DNA of 37,673 nt. It comes from Candidatus Methylomirabilia bacterium (GTDB lineage Bacteria > Methylomirabilota > Methylomirabilia > Rokubacteriales > CSP1-6). Below, piece after piece: positions 8,740 to 16,586 of the stretch. The notes under the pieces were generated by a model. It saw nothing but the letters and a program-made list of their open reading frames with translations. It did no database searches and was not told the DNA's origin. Every line of letters starts with the position of its first letter. Position 1 is the first letter of the stretch. The DNA is taken from the NCBI GenBank assembly GCA_041492755.1, contig JBGPXN010000028.1, forward strand, positions 1-37,673, read 5' to 3'. The translations under genes were made by a program, and so were the position numbers.

Positions 8740-11700
8740 TCACTGTCCGCCGACAGCGTGGTAGTCGCCCATCGGATTGCCGGCAACCGGAACGAGCTTC
8801 GCGGGTAAAGCCCCGCGCCGGAGCGATGACTGCGCGCGATAGAATCGAAAATCGTCGACGTTGTAGAGGAAGCTCGGGTCGAGGACCCGGAAGCGCGTCG
8901 CGAGATCGTCGTCGAAGAACGCGGCCAGGATCGTCCGATTCTCCAGGTCGATGATCCGGCTCACCGTCCCGAAGAGACCCGAGTTCGACACCGTCAGCGC
9001 CCGACGTGACGTGGTTCCGGCAAGCCGGTGCTGATCCGCGGGGAACAGCTCTTCGGGCACCGCCAGCGTCGCTTCACCGCGCTCCGATTTCCACGCCAGC
9101 AGCACGCCTTCCTCACCCTCGCTGATCCCGATCGGACGGCCGAAGACCATGAGCAGGTCGGCACCCCCACCCCGCTGGCGCTCGGCGCCACGGAGTGTGG
9201 TGATGTATCCTTCACGGCTGAACCCGGTGCCGCTCTGCCGATACGTCTTGTAGAAGGCCGGTCGGCGCCCACCTTCACCGTCGGGCTCGCGCACCACCGC
9301 GTAGACGAGGTCGACCTGCCCCACCCCCGTGGTAATCGTGAGCGGCGTCTCCACCCGGGCCGCGATCTCGGGCTGATAGCGACCGTCGAAGCGTAGCGCC
9401 GAAACTCCCTGCTCGACGGCCACCACGCCGCCCAGAACGGCTGGCGGCTCCGGCGGGAGCGCCTCGGACGAAACCGGCGTCATGACGTCCCAGAACTCCA
9501 TCGGCTCGCCATGTCGCAGTCCGCCCCGGGCCGTCCCGCGTGCGTGCCGCTGAAGGATGGTGTAGAAGTCCGTGAAGTGGTTGACCGGCCTCACCACGGG
9601 CGCGGCAGACGAGCGCACCACCTGGCCCGCGCCCACGTCCACCACGGCGTAGAGCAGCGAGAAGATCGGGAACGAAACTCGCAGCGTGTGCGAGAAGTAG
9701 GGCTCGAATACCCCCGTCTCGCGGTTGCGAACGTCGATGACCACCGTGCGCTCGTCGTTTTCGGGCGCCGTCAGCATGACTTCCACCAGGGCCAGGATCC
9801 GGTCCTGGGCATCGAGCCCGATCTCGCGCACCGCCCACTGGTACGGTCGCGGCTGCGGATCACCGAGGTACTTGTCGCGGGCCAACGCAAGGTCGAGATC
9901 GGGATTCAACGCGTGCGTTTCATCCCGCCGCCGCTCGACGTGCAAATCGCTCGCCTCGTCGGAAAACCCGAAGTCGACGTCGATGATCGGCACCGCGAAG
10001 TAGTCTCCGGCCTCGATGTCGTGCACGATCGGCTGCTTCGTCTCGAAGCTCAGCAGATCGTAGGTGACCCGGGCGCTGCCCTGGAACTCGACCCGCGTGC
10101 CGACAGGCAAACCGTCCATCAGCGCGGCTGTCCGCGTCTCCACGACGTCGACCAGGCGCCGGCCCTCGGCATCCGGGTCGCCAAGCGGCACGAGGGTCGT
10201 CCCGACGCCGCGGTTGATTCGGTAAGCTTTGAACACGTTCGGCGCGTCGCGCCCCACCCGCGTGCGGCCGACCAGGGTGTTGTCCACGTCGCCCCAGCGA
10301 AGCTCTTCGATCTGCTCGCGCCGGATCGGCAACGGAAAGACGCCGTCCGGCGTGCGCAGATGCCAGCGCGTCTCGTCGGCAAACACCTCCTCGACGCGCG
10401 GCGCCGTCACGACCTTGCCCACTACCCCACCCGGATTGTTGCGGCCCAAGTCGCGCGCCTCCGGCCCCAGCGTCCCTTCGTACACGGCGACGTACTTCAC
10501 GATCTGGTCGGAGCCTGGGAACGTCACTGGCGGCAGCGCGGTGTCCTTCACGACACCGCTGACGGCGCCCGCCGTCGGGGCCGTCAGTCGGCTGCGCGTC
10601 CCGTCACTGCGCTCGCCGTAAACGCTGAGGTTTCCCTCCATCATCGAATCGTCGGATCGGTTGACGCTCTCCATCCGAACCAGCGCCGGGTCATTCTCGT
10701 CCTCGACGAGGTCGACCTCGAGCCGGCCCCGGAAGAAGTAGTCGAGTAGCGCCGCGGAGTAGCCGACGGCCCGGGGCAGCAACTCTCGCGCATAGGCCTC
10801 ATTCACCCGGTCGTCGAGTACCCATTGCGTGGGCAGCGGGGCGGCATGCGCGGCCTCGAGAGATTGGTGCAGCATCCCCTCGGTGACGAAGAAGTCGACG
10901 ATGGCCCCCTCGCGCGCCTTGGCGAAGTACCGGCGGAACTGCCCCGGCTTGGGCTCGAGCGTTGGCCCTGGAGCCAGGCTCGACGGCCGGGGCAGAGAGA
11001 ACTTCTTGAAGATCGTGTCACGGCTCACGAAGTTGCCATTCGTGTACTCCGAAGCCCCGAGCGCGTCGTTGTCGCTGGCCAGGACGTCGGCGTTCACGCC
11101 GAAGAAGGTGTCGCCGTCGATGAGGCGGGCAATCGGTGCCGGGGCCTGGGGATCGGTGGTCTCCGTGAAGATAGTCAGCGCCGGCTTCTTCGATGGTCCG
11201 CCCAGGATGTCCTGAACGGCGGTTCCGCGATTCTCTTCCACCCATGTCTCATAGAAGTCGGGACGCACGAAGGGCGGGTGGGCATCGTTGCGGACATGCG
11301 CCGGCACAGTGGCATCCTGGATCAGGTGCATGAGATGGCCGAGCGTCTCGAAGAGCTCCGCGAAGGCGCCGTCCCGGCCGCGCGGGCCGGGCACGTCGTC
11401 CGCCGTTGGGCGCGTGAGCGCCTCCAGAAATCGCCGCCGCGCCGCCTGCCACGACCACTCGCCCCCACCCGACTCCAACGGAAGGGGAGTGACCACGACG
11501 GTGGAGTCCTGGCTCTCATTCTGCTGCCATAGGACCGAAGACTGACCGCGCAGCAGCGCGGTACCAAAGGCCGAGAATCCGCGGAGGCCGGCCTCGGTCC
11601 AGGGATCCGCCAACGGGTTGTGAAAATGATTGAAGGGTCGCGTGCTCGGGAAGTCTTCGAACTCCGAGCCGTCACCGAGGAGTTCCCCGACGCCCCGGAG

Positions 11701-11895
11701 GCCGGTACGGCTTATTCCGGGGAATCGGTCAGAGATGCCGCGTAGTCCGAGCTCGTCTCGGAGGACCTGATCCATCGACGATACAGATCCTGCCCGTTGA
11801 CCAATATCACCGTGGGTTCTCGGGTCGTACGCGCTGGACGCCGAACGAGTGAGAACGACGAAGATCGCAAGAAGGGCAACTGTGATGACTCGCAT
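8740..11895 (-). CDS. Large secreted protein (1051 aa): N-terminal Zn-dependent phospholipase C/S1-P1 nuclease-like domain plus a long beta-rich C-terminal region of unknown function
   Basis: Signal peptide MRVITVALLAIFVVLTRSASSA, then Y-D-P-R-T-H, ED...NHFHNP, LGHLMHLIQDATVPAH and FYE; GGAG RBS upstream. The track ORF from 12573 is an upstream extension overlapping the next gene. Confidence 0.75.
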   Translation of the reverse strand: MRVITVALLAIFVVLTRSASSAYDPRTHGDIGQRAGSVSSMDQVLRDELGLRGISDRFPGISRTGLRGVGELLGDGSEFEDFPSTRPFNHFHNPLADPWTEAGLRGFSAFGTALLRGQSSVLWQQNESQDSTVVVTPLPLESGGGEWSWQAARRRFLEALTRPTADDVPGPRGRDGAFAELFETLGHLMHLIQDATVPAHVRNDAHPPFVRPDFYETWVEENRGTAVQDILGGPSKKPALTIFTETTDPQAPAPIARLIDGDTFFGVNADVLASDNDALGASEYTNGNFVSRDTIFKKFSLPRPSSLAPGPTLEPKPGQFRRYFAKAREGAIVDFFVTEGMLHQSLEAAHAAPLPTQWVLDDRVNEAYARELLPRAVGYSAALLDYFFRGRLEVDLVEDENDPALVRMESVNRSDDSMMEGNLSVYGERSDGTRSRLTAPTAGAVSGVVKDTALPPVTFPGSDQIVKYVAVYEGTLGPEARDLGRNNPGGVVGKVVTAPRVEEVFADETRWHLRTPDGVFPLPIRREQIEELRWGDVDNTLVGRTRVGRDAPNVFKAYRINRGVGTTLVPLGDPDAEGRRLVDVVETRTAALMDGLPVGTRVEFQGSARVTYDLLSFETKQPIVHDIEAGDYFAVPIIDVDFGFSDEASDLHVERRRDETHALNPDLDLALARDKYLGDPQPRPYQWAVREIGLDAQDRILALVEVMLTAPENDERTVVIDVRNRETGVFEPYFSHTLRVSFPIFSLLYAVVDVGAGQVVRSSAAPVVRPVNHFTDFYTILQRHARGTARGGLRHGEPMEFWDVMTPVSSEALPPEPPAVLGGVVAVEQGVSALRFDGRYQPEIAARVETPLTITTGVGQVDLVYAVVREPDGEGGRRPAFYKTYRQSGTGFSREGYITTLRGAERQRGGGADLLMVFGRPIGISEGEEGVLLAWKSERGEATLAVPEELFPADQHRLAGTTSRRALTVSNSGLFGTVSRIIDLENRTILAAFFDDDLATRFRVLDPSFLYNVDDFRFYRAQSSLRRGALPAKLVPVAGNPMGDYHAVGGQ

Positions 11896-11909
11896 ATGGC
11901 CGCGTCTCC

Positions 11910-12497
11910 TTACCTTCCGAGACCGAGCTCCAGGCGCTCCCGGTTCTTTGCTTCCTCCATACCAGTCGCCGCTTCCGCGGGGACGACGCCACTCCATCTC
12001 AAGCTGTTGTAGAAGTTCAGCCGCGCCTCCCGCGTCTTCAGCGGCGGCAGCTCGATCACCACCCCCTCCTCCCCGAGTTGCTTCCTGGCCGCCTCGTATC
12101 GCTGCGCCCGCGTTTCGGTCGGCAGCCGCTCCCACTGGTCGTTGCCTCGAAAACGCCAGCGGCCATAGCCAGGCTTGAAGATCACCATTTCGCGCGAGAC
12201 CTTGTTCCAGGGGACGAGCGTGAACGTCCACCGCGCCGGGATGACGAAGCGCCCATCGGGGCCGGTCACGGCCTCGGCGGCGTCGTGGAAGTCGCCGCCG
12301 GCCCAACCGGCCGGGGTGCTCGTGTACTTGATCCAGTAGAAGAGCACCACGACGCCGTGCAGTGGCTGCGCGGTCTCGGCGTCCACGATCTGTCCCCTCC
12401 ATGGGCCCTCGGCCATCGCGGCGGGCACCACCGCCGTCACATCCGCCAGCGTCACGGCGACCAGGGCAAGAGCGAGCGCAAGCAGATGGCGCGACAT
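11910..12497 (-). CDS. Small secreted protein with a carboxypeptidase-regulatory-like (transthyretin-like) beta-sandwich
   Basis: Signal peptide MSRHLLALALALVAVTLA, GQIVDAETAQPLHGVVV, TGPDGRFVIP and IFKPGY motifs; TGATG overlap with the upstream gene. Confidence 0.75.
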   Translation of the reverse strand: MSRHLLALALALVAVTLADVTAVVPAAMAEGPWRGQIVDAETAQPLHGVVVLFYWIKYTSTPAGWAGGDFHDAAEAVTGPDGRFVIPARWTFTLVPWNKVSREMVIFKPGYGRWRFRGNDQWERLPTETRAQRYEAARKQLGEEGVVIELPPLKTREARLNFYNSLRWSGVVPAEAATGMEEAKNRERLELGLGR

Positions 12498-15061
12498 CAG
12501 AACGCCTCGATGCGCCAGACGCCGTCCTCGTCGAGGGCGAAGCGGACGTCGAAGATCTTGGTGAGGGGACCATCGGTCCGGGTCGCCGTGAACACCGCGG
12601 CGCCGTCCCGGGCTCTCACGAGCGTGAGGTCGGTCAGGATGGTGTCGATGCCGGGCAGCTGAGCGGCGATGGCCCTGAACGCCGTCTCGTAATCGGCGCG
12701 GGCATCCCCGACGATGTGGCTCACCGCTCGGGTGACGTCGCCCACGCGCAGCGCGTCCTTCATCGCGCGCCATCTCCCCTGCAGGCTGAGGTCCAGGCCG
12801 GTGGCATCGTAAACGCGCACGACACCGCGCACGACGAGCTGCCCCAGCCGCGGGTCGGAGAGCGTCACCGTCGGGAAATAGATGCCCGGATCGCGATAGG
12901 TGAACGTGCGGCTTTCCAGACTGGTGCCGGTGAAGTCGGCTGTCCCGTCGCCTTTCAGGTCGAGGCTCACGGCCGTGGGCGCCGTCCCCGGGAGGGCGAA
13001 AGACACCGTAAGCGGCGCGAGACCGGCACTCGGACTCGCCACGAGGGCCGGCGCGAACCCCGGGGACACGACGATGGACGCCGTGGTGGCGGCGTTCGCG
13101 CCAGAGCCGGTCGTCGCCGTCGCCACGATCGACGTGGTGGCCGGGCCGACCGGGACCAGGGCCGCGAAGGTGTCGGCGTGCACGGCAGCGGGGACGCCGT
13201 TGACGCTGACCCCGACCTCCGGCGCGCCGGTCGTGACCGTTCCCCGGACCAGAAGCAAGCCGGCCGGCACGACCGCACCATCAACTGGCTCGGTGATGTT
13301 GACGCGGAAGCCGCCCACCGAGAAGCTGCGTCGGGCCGGGGTGGGATCCTCGTTGCCGGCGCGGTCGCGCGCCTTCACCTCGAAGGTGTGCACCGTTTCG
13401 GCAAGGCCCGTCACCGTCGCCGTCGTCGCCGCCGAAAACGCCGAGAACGTGGTGCCGTCCACTCGCCACGCGAATTCGAGTCGATCGACGGGCGTGAGAT
13501 TGTCGCTGCCGGTGAAGCCTAACGTCGCGGTCGTGCCTTGAATGCTCCCATCCGGGCCGTCCGTCGTCCGAGTATCCGGCGGCGCGTTGTCGACGACGAC
13601 CCCGCGAGAAACCGTCGTCTGGTTCCCCACCCGGTCGGTGGCGGCCACCGTGAGCGTGTGAGTTCCATCACCCACACCCAGCGTGTCCCACGTCGCGGTC
13701 CCCACGAGGGTCGACGCCGGCGGCGCCGGGATCAGGGTCGGGCCGAGCGCGCGCGTGTCCGCACTGAGCACCACGCTGGCCACCTGATCGGCGTCGGTCG
13801 CGGTCGCACGAACCACGACGGTCCCCCGCGCGTACGCGCCCGCCGCCGGCGTCTCGAGAACCAGGGAGGGGGCAACGCTGTCGTGCCGCACGCTGGCGTG
13901 TCGAGGCGACGACGTCAGCCCGTCCCCGCCGTTCGTGGTGGCGAAGACCTCCAGCCCGTTCACCACGTTCGCACGCAACACCGCGGTGACCGAGAACGCG
14001 CCCCCCTGATCGGCCCGCGTGGTGGCAGGCACGTCGGCGTCGTTGGCGAAGACATCGACGCGAGCGTCGGGCTCGGCGCTGCCGGCGAGCGTGACACTCA
14101 CGCGGTCAGTGACCTCCGGAGCGACGAGGTGAGCCGGGAGCGGAGCCTGGAAACGAAGCACGCGCCCCCCACTACCGTCCGCGACGTAGAGGTCGCCGAG
14201 GGCGTCGAACGCGGCTCCCTGTGGATCATCGAGATTCTCGGCAAAGCCGGTGACGCGGCCGTCGAGATGAAGCTTGGCCACGGCCCGCTTCGACCGATCG
14301 TGGAAGAGCGTGACTTCCTTCGTGGTGACGAAGAGCGCGCCGAGACGATCGCGCGCGATCCCCACGGGCTTCTTGAACCGATCGCTCTCCGCCACCGCCG
14401 CCGGCGTACCCGCCTGACCGCCGGGCCCGATCGGAATGCGAAAGATCACGCCGTCGTCGGTTCGATCCTGCCGTCGACCCTGGGTCGCGGCGAATACCGC
14501 GTCGTGAGTCACCATCAGTCCCTGGAGTTTCTTGAACCCGTCGGCAAAGACGCTCAGCGCCCCGTTCGGGGCGAGGGTGAGGATCGTTTCCGGCTCGGCC
14601 GACTCGTCGTCGGGCTCGGAATCGGCGTCGCGCGTCAGCCGGCGTGCTGACACGTACAGGGTGCCGTCGTCACCGACGGCCAGCCACCGCGGCTGCTTGA
14701 TGCCGGACACGAGCACCGTCTGCGTCCCGCCGGGCTCGACGCGCACGACACGACCACCGCGCTCCTCGGCGATGACGAGGCGTGCCTGATGATCGAACAC
14801 CAGACCGACCGGACGCTCGAGACTCCGCGCGACCACGCGGTGAGACCGATCGGGCAGGATGCGCGTGACCGTCCCGGCGTCGCGATCGGCGACGTGCACC
14901 GCCCCCTCCGGATCAAGGGCGATTCCGCGCAGTTCGCGGAAGCCGTCCGCGTACGTTTCGATGGGGGCGAGCGCGCTGGGGGGCGTGTCCGCCGGCGCTG
15001 GCGGCCCCGTGACCACGACGCCAAGAACGGCTACGAGCAGAACGGTCGAGGACGATCGCAT
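12497..15061 (-). CDS. Secreted multidomain protein: NHL/six-bladed beta-propeller, bacterial Ig-like repeats, PKD domain and a C-terminal alpha/beta domain
   Basis: Signal peptide MRSSSTVLLVAVLGVVVTGPPAPA; repeats such as PVGLVFD, PRWLAVG and PQGAAFD; Ig motifs DGTHTLTVAATDRVGN and HTFEVKARDRAGNEDPTP; PKD motif GLAPLTVSF...TYRDPGIY. GGAGG RBS favours a start at 15064 or 15061. Confidence 0.8.
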   Translation of the reverse strand: MRSSSTVLLVAVLGVVVTGPPAPADTPPSALAPIETYADGFRELRGIALDPEGAVHVADRDAGTVTRILPDRSHRVVARSLERPVGLVFDHQARLVIAEERGGRVVRVEPGGTQTVLVSGIKQPRWLAVGDDGTLYVSARRLTRDADSEPDDESAEPETILTLAPNGALSVFADGFKKLQGLMVTHDAVFAATQGRRQDRTDDGVIFRIPIGPGGQAGTPAAVAESDRFKKPVGIARDRLGALFVTTKEVTLFHDRSKRAVAKLHLDGRVTGFAENLDDPQGAAFDALGDLYVADGSGGRVLRFQAPLPAHLVAPEVTDRVSVTLAGSAEPDARVDVFANDADVPATTRADQGGAFSVTAVLRANVVNGLEVFATTNGGDGLTSSPRHASVRHDSVAPSLVLETPAAGAYARGTVVVRATATDADQVASVVLSADTRALGPTLIPAPPASTLVGTATWDTLGVGDGTHTLTVAATDRVGNQTTVSRGVVVDNAPPDTRTTDGPDGSIQGTTATLGFTGSDNLTPVDRLEFAWRVDGTTFSAFSAATTATVTGLAETVHTFEVKARDRAGNEDPTPARRSFSVGGFRVNITEPVDGAVVPAGLLLVRGTVTTGAPEVGVSVNGVPAAVHADTFAALVPVGPATTSIVATATTGSGANAATTASIVVSPGFAPALVASPSAGLAPLTVSFALPGTAPTAVSLDLKGDGTADFTGTSLESRTFTYRDPGIYFPTVTLSDPRLGQLVVRGVVRVYDATGLDLSLQGRWRAMKDALRVGDVTRAVSHIVGDARADYETAFRAIAAQLPGIDTILTDLTLVRARDGAAVFTATRTDGPLTKIFDVRFALDEDGVWRIEAF

Positions 15062-15122
15062 CACCGGCATGCCTCCGTCGGAGTCTGCGGTCGCCCGTCG
15101 TCGACCGCGCACGGAAGCTACG

Positions 15123-15137
15123 GCAAGGTTCTCGCCA
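15123..15137 (-). promoter_or_regulatory. Candidate sigma54 (-24/-12) promoter for the secreted-protein operon
   Basis: TGGCGAGAACCTTGC = TGGC-N7-TTGC, about 60 nt upstream of the start and correctly oriented. Confidence 0.55.
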
Positions 15138-15182
15138 GATCGCGGGAGGACTTCGATCGCGCGCCAAGTGCGTGAAATACGT

Positions 15183-15210
15183 CGCGCCCGGCGAATCCTC
15201 GCCGGGCGCG
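15183..15210. repeat. Perfect 12-bp inverted repeat (terminator of the CMD gene, or a regulatory site)
   Basis: CGCGCCCGGCGA-ATCC-TCGCCGGGCGCG. Confidence 0.55.
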
Positions 15211-15301
15211 TGGTCGAGAAGCGCGGCCGCTGCCGCACCGGCGGCTGTACAGGGGGTGCCCTGCCCGCCGGGCAGCGCGGGGTCAGGTGGGCAGAGGCCC
15301 G

Positions 15302-15694
15302 TCAGCGTTCCGAGCGCATCTCCGAGAATACGTCCCTGGCGACCAGGAGCGCTTCGCGGACGAGCGGCGCGCCCACGTAGCCGACGAGATGCAGGAGCAC
15401 TTCGGTCAATTCCTCTTCGGTCCATCCCTGGCGGCGCGCCATCCGGAGATGGATGGTCAGTTCGGGCGCTCGGCCGGTGGCCGCATCGGAGACGACGGAC
15501 ACGAGCGTGCGCGTCTTCAGATCGATGCCCGGCCGCGCCCACAGATTGCCGAAGATCGTCTCCGTGGTGACGGTCATGAACTTCTGCATGATGGGATCGG
15601 TGTACACGGTTTGGTTGATCCGCTCGACGTAGGCGTCGCCCATGAGCTGCCGGCGTAGCTCGCGGCCCTTCGTGGCTGCCTCGGTTTCGGCCAT
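15302..15694 (-). CDS. Carboxymuconolactone decarboxylase (CMD/AhpD-like) family protein
   Basis: FGNLWARPGIDLKTRTL, ELTIHLRMA and GYVGAP motifs; AGGAG RBS. Confidence 0.85.
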   Translation of the reverse strand: MAETEAATKGRELRRQLMGDAYVERINQTVYTDPIMQKFMTVTTETIFGNLWARPGIDLKTRTLVSVVSDAATGRAPELTIHLRMARRQGWTEEELTEVLLHLVGYVGAPLVREALLVARDVFSEMRSER

Positions 15695-15760
15695 CGGAGA
15701 TCTCCTTTTCGAGGGAGGGGGATTGAGCGATGATGCCATGGCCATGGGGGGAACACCCGT

Positions 15761-16576
15761 ATGAACCTACTCCGTCCGCTGGACCGGTACTTCACCGTCA
15801 ACGGCCTCCGCTTTCACGTGCTCGACTGGGGTGGCGAGGGCCGGACGCCCGTACTCCTGCTCCACGGCTTCACCGGCGCCGCCCACGCGTGGGACACGCT
15901 GAGCATCGCGCTGCAGCCGCACTTCCACGTGTACGCGCTCGATCAGCGCGGCCACGGCGACAGCGACCCGGCCGACGTCTACAACCCGGCGGTGGCCTTC
16001 GACGACATCTCCGGTGTCATCGAGCAGCTCGGCCTCACCTCGCTCATCCTCGTCGGGCTGTCGATGGGCGGGCGCAACGCGATGTACTTCACGGCGAAGC
16101 GCCCCGAGATCGTGCAGAAGCTGGTGATCGTCGACATCGGCCCGGAGATCAGCAAGAAGACGACCGAGGCCCCCCCCGGCCCGCCCGAGCCCGAGACCTG
16201 GGACAGCATCGAGCAGGCCGCGCAACACCTGTATCGCGGCAACCCGTATCCCGGCATCCACTACTACCGGTGGGTCGCCTCCCATACGCTTCGCCAGCGG
16301 CCGGATGGCGCGCTGGTGTGGCGCTGGCACCCGAGCGTCAAGGAGCGCCGGACCCAGCTGGACCTGGACTGGTGGCAGCTCCTGAAGACGATCACGCCAC
16401 CCACGCTGGTCCTGCGCGGCGCGGAGAGCGGAGTGCTCGACCGGGACGTGGCCGAGCGCATGGGGCAGACGCTGCCGCACGGCCGGTTCGTCGAGATTCC
16501 GCGAGCAGTGCACACGTTGCACGAGGACAATCCGGACGCGGTCGTGGCCGCGCTCGAGGACTTCCTCGGCTTCTGA
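15761..16576 (+). CDS. Alpha/beta hydrolase
   Basis: LLHGF, DQRGHGDS, GLSMGG nucleophile elbow and C-terminal His. Confidence 0.9.
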   Translation: MNLLRPLDRYFTVNGLRFHVLDWGGEGRTPVLLLHGFTGAAHAWDTLSIALQPHFHVYALDQRGHGDSDPADVYNPAVAFDDISGVIEQLGLTSLILVGLSMGGRNAMYFTAKRPEIVQKLVIVDIGPEISKKTTEAPPGPPEPETWDSIEQAAQHLYRGNPYPGIHYYRWVASHTLRQRPDGALVWRWHPSVKERRTQLDLDWWQLLKTITPPTLVLRGAESGVLDRDVAERMGQTLPHGRFVEIPRAVHTLHEDNPDAVVAALEDFLGF

Positions 16577-16586
16577 GGGGTATTCG

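Noticed and set aside
11896..12573. N-terminal extension of the 1277-aa track ORF
   Set aside because: It overlaps the real 11910-12497 gene in another frame; the RBS and signal peptide start at 11895.
8740..15061. T6SS, CDI or RHS toxin locus
   Set aside because: No VgrG/PAAR, RHS/YD repeats, TPS domain or TpsB transporter; all three proteins carry Sec-type signal peptides.
15736..15747. CCATGGCCATGG palindrome between divergent genes
   Set aside because: Short and GC-rich, with no recognisable operator match; plausibly chance.
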